DNA of 63,099 bases, filler included, from Octopus bimaculoides (taxonomy: Eukaryota), in the NCBI RefSeq assembly GCF_001194135.2. It is 6 parts of 6 records of this genome, joined end to end, with 100 filler letters (N's around TTAATTAATTAA, not from the genome) between each part and the next. Parts side by side here need not be neighbours in the genome. Positions count along the whole stretch, not along the records: positions 33,332 to 53,733 come from NC_068999.1; positions 53,834 to 63,099 come from NC_068990.1; 4 more parts are not named here. The stretch is one strand, 5' to 3'. A program made the position numbers and the translations under genes. Shown here piece after piece: positions 48,609-62,925 of this stretch (its first letter is position 1; each line of letters starts with the position of its first letter). A model generated the notes under the pieces. That model did not search any database. It worked only from the letters and a program-made list of their open reading frames with translations, and was not told the DNA's origin.

Positions 48609-51600
48609 CTGTCTACTGTAAATATCGTCTTAGTTCACTTTAAATGCCTTCACAAAAGACGCATTATATTAAGCAGTGTTACATACTCTGAAAATAAAAG
48701 GGTGCTTCGTTTGCAATATATTTATGGGTAGACCTCTTGGTTCATTCTTCCCGTTCGGTTAAACAGCAACAACGGTATAGTTAATGTGATGAGCAGCCAC
48801 ACTATAGTTAATGTTTCTGACAGCTGACCACACCTTGTAGAATAAGTATTTAAAGAAGAATTTTCTACCATAATTCTTCACATATCTGTTCTCTAATGAA
48901 AGTCGATCTGGAAAATGTTATCAACTTCACTGAATGATGTAGTCCAATAGCTTCTTTTTCGATAAATAGCATATTGTTTGTATAACAAAATATCATCATG
49001 TGTTAAAGTACAACCGTTATGCAATATCAGAATGTTATCTACTCTTGATTATCTTTAAATGTAATATTATAAATGCTTCAAGTTAATTTAAATTAGAGGG
49101 CTATTTCTGTAAAATTTTGATTATATATAAATATTTTGATTCGGCTCCATGTAGCTTTAAGTTTCGCAGGGTTCTATCAGAAACTCTGCTCGTTCAGGTT
49201 TAGATTACCGAATGAAGAAATAGGAAGTCCCAGATGACTACTGAAAAGTGGGCTTCTATTGGGCAAGGCGGTTACATAGTGACCAACAGCAGCCTAGTAG
49301 TAACTATATTGGATTTCCAATTATTATTTTGAATTTCCACTAGCCATCTTATACTTCCTGTGTTTCTCCATTCGGTTATCTAAGCCTGAATGAGCCACGT
49401 TCTGCTAGAAGCTTGCAAAATTTTAAGTCGCATCAAACTGTTTTAAACTACATTATATGTAACACAGACTATACAAATTGAGTACCTTTTCTTTCGTTTG
49501 TCCATTCTCTCGTGTATATATAACTCTTCGAAACGCCAGTGTTATAATGGTGGCAGCTGATGAAGAAAATGTTCTCTATGTNNNNNNNNNNNNNNNNNNN
49601 NNNNNNNNNNNNNNNNNNNNNNNNNNNNNNNNNNNNNNNNNNNNNNNNNNNNNNNNNNNNNNNNNNNNNNNNNNNNNNNNNNNNNNNNNNNNNNNNNNNN
49701 NNNNNNNNNNNNNNNNNNNNNNNNNNNNNNNNNNNNNNNNNNNNNNNNNNNNNNNNNNNNNNNNNNNNNNNNNNNNNNNNNNNNNNNNNNNNNNNNNNNN
49801 NNNNNNNNNNNNNNNNNNNNNNNNNNNNNNNNNNNNNNNNNNNNNNNNNNNNNNNNNNNNNNNNNNNNNNNNNNNNNNNNNNNNNNNNNNNNNNNNNNNN
49901 NNNNNNNNNNNNNNNNNNNNNNNNNNNNNNNNNNNNNNNNNNNNNNNNNNNNNNNNNNNNNNNNNNNNNNNNNNNNNNNNNNNNNNNNNNNNNNNNNNNN
50001 NNNNNNNNNNNNNNNNNNNNNNNNNNNNNNNNNNNNNNNNNNNNNNNNNNNNNNNNNNNNNNNNNNNNNNNNNNNNNNNNNNNNNNNNNNNNNNNNNNNN
50101 NNNNNNNNNNNNNNNNNNNNNNNNNNNNNNNNNNNNNNNNNNNNNNNNNNNNNNNNGAGACATACACACATATATGCCTGCCTAGTGGAAGAAGATCAAG
50201 TCGAATGCCTTGTGATATTTAGCTTTGGATTTTCAACTTTCTGTGTAATTCTTTCAAATTCCATTGAGGTCATTTTTCATTGTTCAGAGTGTTTCGAGGT
50301 CCGTAAATTACACTGAAATACAGCTGTTTTTGATTGATGGAAACTAGACTAGTATAGAGTCGGTTAGCTTTCTACATTTAAGGGCATTGGTATAGAGATT
50401 TCCAGTTTTTCTTCTACAACATCGTTGACAGGAACGTGAAACTCTTCGTTTTCTGCAATAGAAAGCTTTTCCATGAATGTGCCTCAGGGTGGAAATTTTC
50501 GAGTTTATAGCAATTATCTCATGAGATGCACTGAAAAGCAACACACACACACACGCACAAATATACGGGCACATACACGCTACACACAGTACTGACATAA
50601 ACCACGTATCCATGTACCTTCATATACATACACACACATACATATGCATATATATGCATATATATNNNNNNNNNNATAAAAGCTCCACACCACATTGGTG
50701 GATAAATTTTCTTTCTTTGTATTGCTTGATAATTGTTCAGGGGATTTTCTCAACCCGAAACCAATAAAACGTGTGTGTGTGTGTGTGTGTGTTTGCGTGT
50801 GCGTGCATGTGTGTTTGTGTAGGGGTGCGTATATGTATTTACATGTACGTTTGTGTTTATGTTAATCATGTATATGTCTGTATGTGTTGCGAGGGATTGT
50901 GTCCATGTGTGGTGTGCGCATATGCGTGTATACATATGCATGTATGTGTACGTGAATACGTATACTCGCGAATACATGAGTGAATGTGTATATGCTTCTT
51001 TTTTTGTTTTTGCCTGATGAATATCTACGCAGAATAACTTTGGTGCGTTCTTATTTCTTAGAATTGATAGATTTTTGTGAATATAAACAATTGAACCTAA
51101 CGATGTATACATTCCTTGTAGCATATGAATATTTACGATTGGTGAACATTAAGTTACAATACTGATTTGTAAACAAATTGTAGAAGTTTAAATAGTAGTA
51201 AATATCTCTGTAAATATTGCAGAGTATTATTTTAAGAACGAATTGCTCTATATTCGACGTTTATAACCAAACATGTCATGGATTTTTTCACTTTCAAGTT
51301 TAAAATTTTTCTTGGATTACTCTGCATTAATGGCATTATTCTCTCAAACATAAGATTATCTATGTTTATCACGATCTCTTCGTGTAGATTTTTATTCGGT
51401 TTCAAATGCTCCTATTTTTTCTCGTCATTTATCATCACTTATAAAATTTTATTACATTTTCGTTCGTGTTATGTTTCTTTTGTATTCCTTATATCAATTA
51501 TAAACGAAGAAACTCTTGTTAGTTTCAAACGCATTCTAACTGATACCATCTGAGCATCTAAGCTTTATTTATAATTACCATATTTATCCTTCCCCTTTTA

Positions 51601-54269
51601 AAGCTGTAGTTTTATCTCATCAATTCAGAAACATTTGCTGTTAGTTCTAGCAAGTAAATAGACCTGAATTTTACTCATTCTTTAAATTATTTTGTACAGG
51701 ATTCCTATATTTGCATAACAGTACCTACCCTTTGACTCAATGCGAAATCATCTTTACATTATTATATTTTCAAATATATCTGCAATATTTCGGAGCATGT
51801 ATCGGAAATGAATTGTAAAACTACCTATACCACTTAATTAAAAATTGTTCCGGTATATATATATTTTTTTCCTTATAATTTGATTGAACTGTTTTAACTA
51901 AATCCTTTCCGATGAATCATACAAACGTAATTAACACGTCCCAGGACTTGATATATGAAAAGTTATATATATATTTAAAACTAGGTGTTTGTTTTTAGTT
52001 GACTGGTGTCTTTACTTCCGAAGAAGCGTGCATAAATCGAGTGATATCCGACATGAAGTTGGCGAGTAAATTTTTAATTGGTAAAGGTGCGTTATTACTA
52101 TTTTTCAAATTCAGGATTTCTAATCTCACCGTCACTGCATATAAAATGTCGGCTCTGTTTAACCAATTTAATGATGCAAATTCTGGACAATCGTTGAACT
52201 TGAAAATCGTTAGATTGAATATAACCATTGTCGTTTTCAATCAGAAATTTATCGATTTCCGTTTAATATATTCATCAGTTTATAAATGTAATACTGAATT
52301 ATAACGTGGAAGGAGAACCACAACGTTTTAGAAGAGATGTAAATGATCTCAACGGCTGGTTATAATTTTAGTTAATTTTTTATTGGTTTTAGAAAGATGA
52401 ATGCCAGAGATTACATCAGACAAAGTATAATTTATGCCGATTATCCGTGAGTATAATGCTGGTTAATATTACGAAGCTAAGGCAAAACAAATCCTTTTGT
52501 CCCTCTCTAACTCCGTTACAGTTGGACAATAGTATTTGCAGTATTTATCCGAGTTATTACCTATAGGGTTCAAATGAGGCCGTGGTCAAATTATCCTTTC
52601 ATCCTCCCAAGGATGAAAAAGTATAGCCCAGAGCTTTGGGCTATCGGAAATGTTAGTGCTGTACTGAAGGCTTTATATCGTTTAGTACGGCTGTTTATGT
52701 TCTTAGTGTCAATATAATTGTGCAAAATTTCGGTATATATGCAACAAGAAATCATATGTATGCAACAAGAATTATTCAGCCGACAAGATTCCATGGTAAT
52801 CACCTAGCGCTTATTAAAGTCACCAGATGTTGCTTGTCAATTCGATGACAGAACGTAATATCATAAGCTCACTTCTGCAAGGCAGTTGCCTGGCAAATGG
52901 GTGAAACTGTATTATAGTTTAAATTCCAGAATAATTTTGGTAAATGTAGAAAATATAATTAAAGATATATGCATTTCCTAGATATTGTTCTAAATACCTA
53001 TATATGTAATAGAAGATTTGGTGCACTGTAAAGTAATCAATACATTTCTTTTAGCGTTACACTCCTCTTTTCAAAATATGTACTATTCTATTATAAATAT
53101 TTGCATATTCAGCTCCAATAAATATTATTTCCAGTGACTAAATAGTTTTGAAATTAGAAGTAATATTTCGAAGAAAATATGTCCTTTAGTTACATCAACA
53201 AACAAACATGAATAAATTTATAGTTGGCATAGACATTTTTGATGAAGCACCTTCGCTGTTCTAGATTATCAAGACATAATTCTCGTTGTATATATATAAA
53301 ATTATGATTAATAATAAATAGTAGTTTTATGTGTGCAATATAATTGACAAACGATTAATTAAGAAAATAAAAAAAGCAATGTTTTCAATTTCAATTTACC
53401 ATTTTACAATAGTCTAATTAATAGATATAGGAAATGCTGAGCGCATAGAAAATAAATTTCTTTTCTTTCTTCATAACAAATCAGTAAATACTTGTATAAT
53501 ATACATGAAAATAATGCGAAGATTATAGTATTACTTTTTTATAATTTTTCTTCTTTTGCGTGAACTCGAATTTAGTAGACGTGCAATCATACACATTATG
53601 ACACATATCAGTGCATTAATATTTGTGAAAAGATCTGTACGCACATATACATACATATAGGCATGCATGTATATATAGCATACATGGATACAACATAAAA
53701 GACTCCATATATATATATATATATATATATATANNNNNNNNNNNNNNNNNNNNNNNNNNNNNNNNNNNNNNNNNNNNTTAATTAATTAANNNNNNNNNNN
53801 NNNNNNNNNNNNNNNNNNNNNNNNNNNNNNNNNCATCACAAACGCATACATCACACACATATTTATGCATGCATCCATACGATGGACACGCACACACATA
53901 TAGATATATAAGCACATATTTACTAATGCATTTGTCTTTATGTATGTGTATGTATACATGTATACAAATACACACACAGACGTGAGAGAGAGAGATAGAG
54001 AGAGAGTGATAGGGAGAGAGAGTGATAGGGAGAATGTGTGAATTAGCAAGCGAGTGGAAGGTGAGAAAAAAGAGAAAAAGATCTATGGAATGAAATTAAG
54101 AGTTATTAGATATAGAGTTTGTATGTAACGAATGAATCTGTATACCGGTCTATGTGAATGTTACCTGAGCATTTATGGGTGTGCATTAGTGTATCGGAAA
54201 GTGTGTATGCTTAGGAACGTATAACTTCGCAGTACGCCAATAACTTCGCAATACGTGTAAATTTCTAAA

Positions 54270-54374
54270 CATATGTATGCATTTGTATATGCATACATTC
54301 ATATCTGATGTATCTGTGTGTGTGTATGTGTGTGTGCTTGTGTGTGTGTGTATGTGTGTGCTTGTGTGTGTGTG

Positions 54375-54471
<97 letters not shown>

Positions 54472-54860
54472 GCAGGTATGTATGCATGTGCATGTATGTA
54501 TATGTATGTCTATCTACATCTGTCTATATATATATATATATATATGCATATACATGTGTGCGTGTGTGTATGTCTGTATTTATATGTATGCATATACATG
54601 CCTGTGTATATGTGTATATCTATATGAGTGTATGTATATTTGCCTATCTATCTATCTATGTATGTGTGTGTGTATGTGTGTGCTAACAGTAGCGGTTATG
54701 GTTGGTATATGTGTAAAAGTATGTAAATGCTTGTGCGATTTTATGTGTTTGTATATTAACATTTTTGTGTATGTTCTTTTAAAACTTGGTGTATGCGTGT
54801 TTATGTTAGTGTATATGGATTGTTCTATGTGTGTACGAAAAAATATAGAAAGCAAGAGGA
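54270..54860. repeat. (TG)n/(TA)n/(TATG)n compound microsatellite
   Basis: Direct reading; includes a pure TA run of more than 40 units. Confidence 0.95.
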
Positions 54861-54879
54861 AGAAATATGACTAGTGAGA

Positions 54880-55140
54880 AAAATCGTACGAAAAATGAAG
54901 GGTAGACGAGCATAGAAATAAATGGAGGGAGAAATAGTCGTGGAGAGATATATATATATATATATAAATATATATATAAAGTGAAAAACAATGGGAGAGA
55001 GGTGTTTAGGGTAGAAACAAATATTAAGCGTGAGAGGAGTGAAAAGGAAGGAGTAGAAGAATGAAGGGGAATAAAAGAAGTGTAGAGGGAAGGGAAATGG
55101 GGGAAGGTAACGGTATAATGATAATGGGTTAACTAATGAT
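54880..55140. repeat. Purine-rich (GA/GGA/GAA) degenerate low-complexity tract
   Basis: Strong strand asymmetry, few C or T on the + strand. Confidence 0.7.
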
Positions 55141-56499
55141 CTGTTAGATGTGGTATGTAACGTGAATATGTGTACGGGTATGATTAATATATATATATGC
55201 ATATTTGTGTTTATGGTGGCTGTACGTTTTCTTGCATATGTAATTCAATTTGCGTGCTTGTTTATAAATGTTCATATTTATACGTGTACATTGGTTTGCC
55301 TGTGTGTGTATATGTTTGCGTTTATGTGTGTTTATAAATACGTATGTGTGTAGAGTCTAGATTCTAGTGTGTTTATATTAACATATGGGTTTGTCTGTTT
55401 CTATGTTTGTGTCTGTGTACGTTTGTGTATGTTTGAACGTTATACATTATTATGTTTATTAGAGCAAGCATCACTCAGATATTAAGAAGTTCACTTGATA
55501 ATTATGAGTTTACAGCGCTGATCCTACTGCAATGGCATCTTGGGATGGTGGCTCGTGTTGTTTGTGTATAAGAGTGTATGAGGAATCTTAAAAAAGAATC
55601 TGTTGGATGGACTTTACTTGTAATTCAAAGATACGATCTTGTCACACACTGCGTCACGCTGTTTCTCTCTGAGAAATACTCCAACCAGAGGCAATTAACT
55701 ACATAAGAAACTGAAGCGGTCATTAAATTGTCCAACATCCTTATATGCAGTACCATGCGGATTCTACCTGAGAAATACCTTAAGAAAACACAAACTTGTG
55801 GATAGTCACTCATTTACACTATTTGATTTATGCTCCTAATGAAACCGACGACAGGGCTAGCATCGTGTCAATGTATGCAAAAACATGTATGTGTATGTAC
55901 GTGTGGGTGTGTATATATGTATGTACAGATGTATGTATATATGTATATATACGTANNNNNNNNNNNNNNNNNNNNNNNNNNNNNNNNNNNNNNNNNNNNN
56001 NNNNNNNNNNNNNNNNNNNNNNNNNNNNNNNNNNNNNNNNNNNNNNNNNNNNNNNNNNNNNNNNNNNNNNNNNNNNNNNNNNNNNNNNNNNNNNNNNNNN
56101 NNNNNNNNNNNNNNNNNNNNNNNNTATGTATATATCCATGTATGAATTGTGCGCGCGCGTGTGCGTGTGTGTGTGTATACATATATATCTATAGACACGT
56201 ATTTGTGAATGTATAGTTTTGTTGTGAGTATGATATTATCAGTGGTACAGCTGTTACTAGTGTTGAATGTGGTTCTGGACGATGGCGGTAGTTATTTAGC
56301 ACCAGATAAACTCAGAAGAGGCAGACAGATGGCCAAACGCATTTTAGTCATGACCATTTCTTCCTAATCCAAATATTTTTTATCTAGGGATACATTACCA
56401 ACATGACCTTTATCATGTAGACGATCGATTACTATTTGATAAAAAGAGTTAGTAACAATTTCAAACTTTACTAATGGCTACGTTGAGGATCTTTCTGTC

Positions 56500-56830
56500 G
56501 GCTGTTACGGCAATAGCAGAGATAATGCTTATAATAATTTTGATGGTGGTAATTATAATGATGATGATCATGTTAGTTGTGACATTTGCTGTTGCAATGA
56601 TCATAATGAGAGAGCTTTTCATAATTTTGGTGGTAATTATGGAGATGGTGATGGTGTCGTTAGCTGTTGTAGTGTTGTTACTAGCAGTAGCAGAGATGAT
56701 GCTGGTAATGATCTTGATGGCGGTAATTATCGTGATGACGGTGATGTGGATGGCAACTGTTGTTATAATGCTAGTGCTGTTGGTGTGAAACGATGGTAAT
56801 GTTAGTGTTGATAGTGATAAGGATAATACT
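56500..56830. repeat. Degenerate trinucleotide low-complexity tract (GAT/GGT/GTT/AAT)
   Basis: Explains the hydrophobic spurious ORF 56474..56788. Confidence 0.85.
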
Positions 56831-57339
56831 TATATTTGTGGTTGTTTAGTAACTCTCTTACGATGTAATTCATCCCGTAGCTGTAATAAATACTTACACC
56901 TGGAAGTGGGTGCACTTGTATGTGATGGGTGGCCAAAATGATGTATTATGCTATGGTTTGTTGAAAGATACACCAACCATCTCAAATAGATAGTCTATCA
57001 TGACTGATGTTGAAATTACAGAACAAAGGGTATATGAGCAACGATGCTGCCAAAAAGTCCGAAACTTGAACGAAAATACGTTCTAAAACAAATAATAAGC
57101 ATTATAAAAACTAAGGAAAAGAGCTTTCGTTGCTGAAATATGTGGGTCGTTAATAGAATCGGAAGTGTGAGAGACTTAACACCTTGCGTAGTTACTACAT
57201 TTTAAAGAGTAAGTTGAAGTCCAACGAGGTGGAGTCTGTTCTTCGTATTTCTGAGTTCATTCCGTCGCATTTTATCTTCAGTTCTCTGAATGCCTCTTCT
57301 CTTTCCATGTGCTATCTTGTTGCTGCAGCTACAGTAGTT

Positions 57340-57362
57340 GCTGTTGTTATTGTTGTTGTTGT

Positions 57363-57411
<49 letters not shown>

Positions 57412-57450
57412 AACGACGACGATGACAGCGACAACGAGGGTGATGACGAC
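57340..57450. repeat. (GTT)n-(GAT)n-(GAC)n trinucleotide repeat
   Basis: Direct reading. Confidence 0.92.
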
Positions 57451-58154
57451 AGCGATCCGTTTAGCAGGAAGAATATTTGTCTTTTTCAAACGGATAGAAG
57501 GAAAAGTTAGGATGAGAACATTAAACGCAGGGATCCAAGACAAATAACTACAAGGCACACGCGCGCGCGCACGCACACACACACATGCACACACATATGT
57601 AAATATATATGTTTTTGTGTGTGTGTATATGTGTATGAGTGTGGGTGTGTACGTGCGTGTTTGGTTGACGTCAGCTGGGCCAAAGGAAATGGAACCTCTG
57701 TAAAATGGTCTATATCTGTTTTATATATATATATATATGCCTTATGGTATTACCTTGATGGTAATTTACGCATGCTATACCACTTGTAAACAATAATATC
57801 CCCTTTTCAAGTTTGCGGCGGCATTAAAACAGTCATCGCCAACATTGTTTGAGATTGGTAATTTTTATGACCCTTGGGTCAGTAAGACGCGCTGAGGATA
57901 ACTAAGCGACATTTTCACAAACTTTGAAATCGTGACGATACGGGTATATCTGGCTTTTCAAATTACGGTTCTTTTCCTTATTGGTACGTGGGCTTAGAAT
58001 TTCTGCTCATTTCCCCCGATTTCAATTAATGCGTATCAGTGACAATTTATGATTGCCGTAGTCTTTTGGCTGTTATTTTTAGCGTGCTGGTGCCACTTGT
58101 AACACCCTTAATTATTAATTAGTAATCTTTATATAATTATTAATCAATAATTTA

Positions 58155-58255
58155 TATAATCAGTCATTTGATTGCGGCCATGCCGGAGCACCACCTTCAG
58201 TGAAACAAATCGACCCCAGAACTTATTCTTTGTAAGCCTAGTACTTATTCTATTC
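58155..58255 (-). mobile_element. 3' tail fragment of family B SINE
   Basis: cagtcatttgattgcggccatgccggagcaccacc...aaatcgaccccagaacttattctttgtaagcctagtacttattctat is the reverse complement of the 3360-3480 tail type. Confidence 0.78.
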
Positions 58256-59439
58256 TTTGAATTCGATTCTGTATAACAGCAGCAGGCCACATTTTACCTC
58301 CTATATATATATGGAGAGAAAATGAGAGTGAAAGTATGGTTTATATATATATATATGTATGTATGTGTGTATGTACGTATGTATGTATGTATGTATCAAT
58401 GTACGTATGTATTGTCAGTGGAACATATATCCAAAAAATAAAAAAAGCACTCTGAAAGTTAGAGCAGTATTGTATTTACATGAAGTTAAATATATGTCCG
58501 GTCATAGAGTGACCAATAGTTTCGCATCCATAACACACCTAGTGTTATAGACGACTCGTCAGACTCATGTGGCCGCAAGCATAAATCATCTCTTCAGACT
58601 GGAGGTAGAAAACCTTTATGGTCGTTAATTTATAAGCAAAAGAATGTTATATATTGTCTCAGCATTAATCGTGACTGTTATCAGCCTGAGACTGCTCCGG
58701 TCAGTAAAAATTATGGACACATAAGATGAACGGGGTGTTTCTGCTCTTGGGTTGGTTCCAATCCGTAAATATTTTTTATAGCCCTAATCGACGAAATGAG
58801 AATACTACATCTGCAGCAGGTAGCGATTAAAATGTGAGTTTAAGAGAGTTCTCGAGTCAAGCGAGTCTTTGAGGATCCTTGCCCGCTCTGCTATGCAAAG
58901 CTTGCATCGTCCGTCACCGTTTATATAAGACCCCGGTTGCTCTATGAGCTTCCATGTGTAAACTATGCATACATATTCTGCACAGTTAAGAACTGAGATA
59001 CAGTGTATAATTATTCTCTATTTTCCAGAGGTAAATTATAACGTGCAGTTATTCTGTATCTTCTAAAGATAAACTATGGCATAATTTTCCCGTGCTATTC
59101 AGATATTAAATATAACATTGTCATGATGAACACATAATTTTAGTAGCTACTCAAGCGACCGTTCAGTGTTGTGGGCAGAGACATATATCGTCGTCAATGA
59201 TGAGTATTGAAATCTTAATCATTCATTTATGTACATCACAGTTGATCAGATTTGTTGCAATTCGTCTGAGTTTTAAAGTAGGTCTCCAAAATATTTCTAA
59301 CGTTATACGATTGTTAAGTGACATATTTGACCAAACATTGGTGAAAATATCTACAATATAGGTGGACTGATATTGTTAGATATTTCAAGGAGGAATTTGT
59401 AGAAACTGTAAGACGTAGGTTAAAATGTGCGTGATTAAC

Positions 59440-59626
59440 AGAAACCGCTACGTTCTGAGTTCAAATTCCGCCGAGATCGACATTGCCTTTCATCCTTTCG
59501 GGGTCGATAAATTAAGTACCAGTTTCGCACTAGGTTCGATGTAATCGACTTAATTCCGTTGTATGTCCTTGTTTGTCTACTCTATGTTTAGTCCCTTGTG
59601 GGCAATAAAGAAATAAGAAACCGTAG
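59440..59626 (+). mobile_element. 5'-truncated SINE, family A variant with a different 3' tail
   Basis: gctacgttctgagttcaaattccgccgag...cctttcatcctttcggggtcgataaattaagtaccag then tail ctctatgtttagtcccttgtgggcaataaagaaataagaaac. Confidence 0.85.
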
Positions 59627-62420
59627 AGTAGACAAAATTGGGAGAAACCTTTATATAAGACCCAAAAGTTCATTCCATGTAGCGTTATTTAATTAAATCC
59701 TTCATATTACAATTCGAATAACGCATAGATCGATATTCCACCCTGGCTTCAATAATAATATTAATGATGATAATAAAATCTCAGTTTTCAGGGTTACACA
59801 ATCAAAAACTTTCGGCAGAACTTTATGTCAAATGACAGAAATTATTATCATCCGGATTTTGAGAGTGATGAATTTGTAGGATATGTAGAGCAGCAAGCAA
59901 AATGAATTGCGACATTTAGTTATCGCCATTTACGTTCTGATATCCAATTTATTTTGCCACTCATTTTTCGGGGGTTATTTGTATCAAGTTCTAGAGATAT
60001 ATAAATTCCATATTATCATTTATACACATGGCTCAAATTTGAATTTTTTGCCTATGTAGAATATCCCAACCTAACACTCGTGGTATGCCTTTCTCAAAAA
60101 TCACTACTCTTCTGAGTTTCAACTGGTTATAATTTCTTACTTAATTATTTCTGTAAAATCAAATATTTGTATTATGAGGTTCCCTAATTGTAATCCTACG
60201 TCTCGTTGTTCAATGATGCTTTAAGTATGACGATTCAACTGATTGTAAGCTTAAAATAAATTGCTTAATTATGTAATGTAAGGGATTTTGTGTTACTGAA
60301 ATACACAAAATCTCATATAAGGTTACAAAGAAAAATGAGAGAATCTAGCACTGAAAGGCGGAGCAAATAATGGCTTCTTATGTAGTCAACTGACGGGGTA
60401 GAACTAATAGCTAAATTACCTCTGATCCCAGATTACTATATAAAAACTGAGTGATTGAATTCATAATGTTCTTTATAGCAGTAGAAAGACGGGATGGTAA
60501 GGATTGAAATGCATTTGACTATATGCCTGCTTGATAATGCTTGACTTATGGGCAACAACTAAAAAATATACCTTGAAAGAACTTGGAACAATATAAATAA
60601 TGCTATGCACAGAAATACGTACAATGAAAGATAAAGTTTAGAGACATATAAAAAATTGCGTGCCCTACTCAGATAACAGGGTTGCTGATTATTATGACGG
60701 ATACATCTGGTGAATTTTAGGAATATCTACTCAACTCTGAGGTAACCTTCTGAGAGAAATTGCAAGAAAAAATTCCAGTCATATCTTGCCAAAAGGACTA
60801 CTCCAAAACATGAACTGGTCCAGTGGAAAGTAAATATATATATATCACAATCCCAACTATAATCCATTGAAGGAAAGATGCACCCTCAGGCATGAATTCA
60901 CTGAAACATCTATAAACCTACAAGCAAAAATATATTGTAAAAATCAAACTCACACACACATTATAAAAGGATTTGTGTGAGTATTCCCTACATCGGGATT
61001 ACATAGAAATACATACATATACATACATACACACATGTCTACACGCACATACATATATGTATGTATATGTATGCATATATATGTTTGCATGTATATATAT
61101 ACACACACACACACACATACGTATGTGCATGTGTATATATATGTGTGTGTGTATGTATGTGTGTGTATGCGTGTGTATATGAAAGGGATGTGTGTATTTA
61201 AAGTATAAAACTTTAAAAAAGACATTAGCACTACAACATATATGCATTAGCTGATGCAAGTACAGATCTAAGACAATATACACACTCACAATTCTACCCA
61301 CAATTATACACATGCAACAACAAACACAAGTATGCATATATGCATGTATATTTTTATATATACTCATACACGTTGCTGCATTTGAAGAATAATTTATATA
61401 TGTGGGTATGAAAGCAGTAACAAAATCCATTAACTACATATAACATATACACCAATATGATTATATGAATAAATTTATTAAATACACAGCTCTATGTATA
61501 TACATCTCCATACGGTGCTATATACTGACACACACCAAGTAACAGATACACAAATACATATAGAAATACATATACGCATAGAGAACCATAGGGCACACAT
61601 TCATACACATGTTGGTCACCAAATTTTGTTGTTATTTAAAACATGCCAAATATAAGGCATTAAAGTTGAAAGAATATGCATGTGTTAATATCCACATGCA
61701 CGTTCAACCACACAGATGTTTGTACACACGCACCTAAAAGTATATGTAAGTTATGCATATGCGAGAATACACATATGTATATATATATATATATATATAT
61801 ANNNNNNNNNNNNNNNNNNNNNNNNNNNNNNNNNNNNNNNNNNNNNNNNNNNNNNNNNNNNNNNNNNNNNNNNNNNNNNNNNNNNNNNNNNNNNNNNNNN
61901 NNNNNNNNNNNNNNNNNNNNNNNNNNNNNNNNNNNNNNNNNNNNNNNNNNNNNNNNNNNNNNNNNNNNNNNNNNNNNNNNNNNNNNNNNNNNNNNNNNNN
62001 NNNNNNNNNNNNNNNNNNNNNNNNNNNNNNNNNNNNNNNNNNNNNNNNNNNNNNNNNNNNNNNNNNNNNNNNNNNNNNNNNNNNNNNNNNNNNNNNNNNN
62101 NNNNNNNNNNNNNNNNNNNNNNNNNNNNNNNNNNNNNNNNNNNNNNNNNNNNNNNNNNNNNNNNNNNNNNNNNNNNNNNNNNNNNNNNNNNNNNNNNNNN
62201 NNNNNNNNNNNNNNNNNNNNNNNNNNNNNNNNNNNNNNNNNNNNNNNNNNNNNNNNNNNNNNNNNNNNNNNNNNNNNNNNNNNNNNNNNNNNNNNNNNNN
62301 NNNNNNNNNNNNNNNNNNNNNNNNNNNNNNNNNNNNNNNNNNNNNNNNNNNNNNNNNNNNNNNNNNNNNNNNNNNNNNNNNNNNNNNNNNNNNNNNNNNN
62401 NNNNNNNNNNNNNNNNNNNN

Positions 62421-62487
<67 letters not shown>

Positions 62488-62819
62488 GGTATACATATGA
62501 GTGTTTGTGAGTATATGTGTGCATGTGCGCTCGCGCTTGTGTGTGTACGTACATACGTATACGTAAAAAATGCAACTTGAACTGCCATCCCCGCTCCCCA
62601 AGAAAAAAAAATTATTCGAATGAAAAACAAAAGTAAAAAAAAAATTTAGAAAAAAGAAAAGCAGTCTGGCAAGCTTTTATTTAGTCATAAAGCCAGATGA
62701 TATGATGATAGTCTATAGTATGGCCACCAAAATACGCCACGCTTCGAAGATTGCAAGCATTAAAGTTTCATGTATATATTCCATTTTGGATTCAGATTTG
62801 GTTTGTTTATTTTTATATT

Positions 62820-62847
62820 CATATTATTATTTTTCATATTATTGTTA

Positions 62848-62924
<77 letters not shown>

Positions 62925-62925
62925 G
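62820..62925. repeat. (TAT)n trinucleotide microsatellite
   Basis: Direct reading. Confidence 0.95.

Noticed and set aside
49520-49581. cttcgaaacg and CTGATGAAG motifs near a gap edge
   Set aside because: The motifs are in the wrong order for one hammerhead and the sequence is cut by a long N gap; cannot be evaluated.
59793-59906. Short frame GYTIKNFRQNFMSNDRNYYHPDFESDEFVGYVEQQAK* after a tttcag acceptor
   Set aside because: Could be a terminal exon or an acidic pogo-like transposase tail, but 37 codons with no recognisable motif is insufficient.
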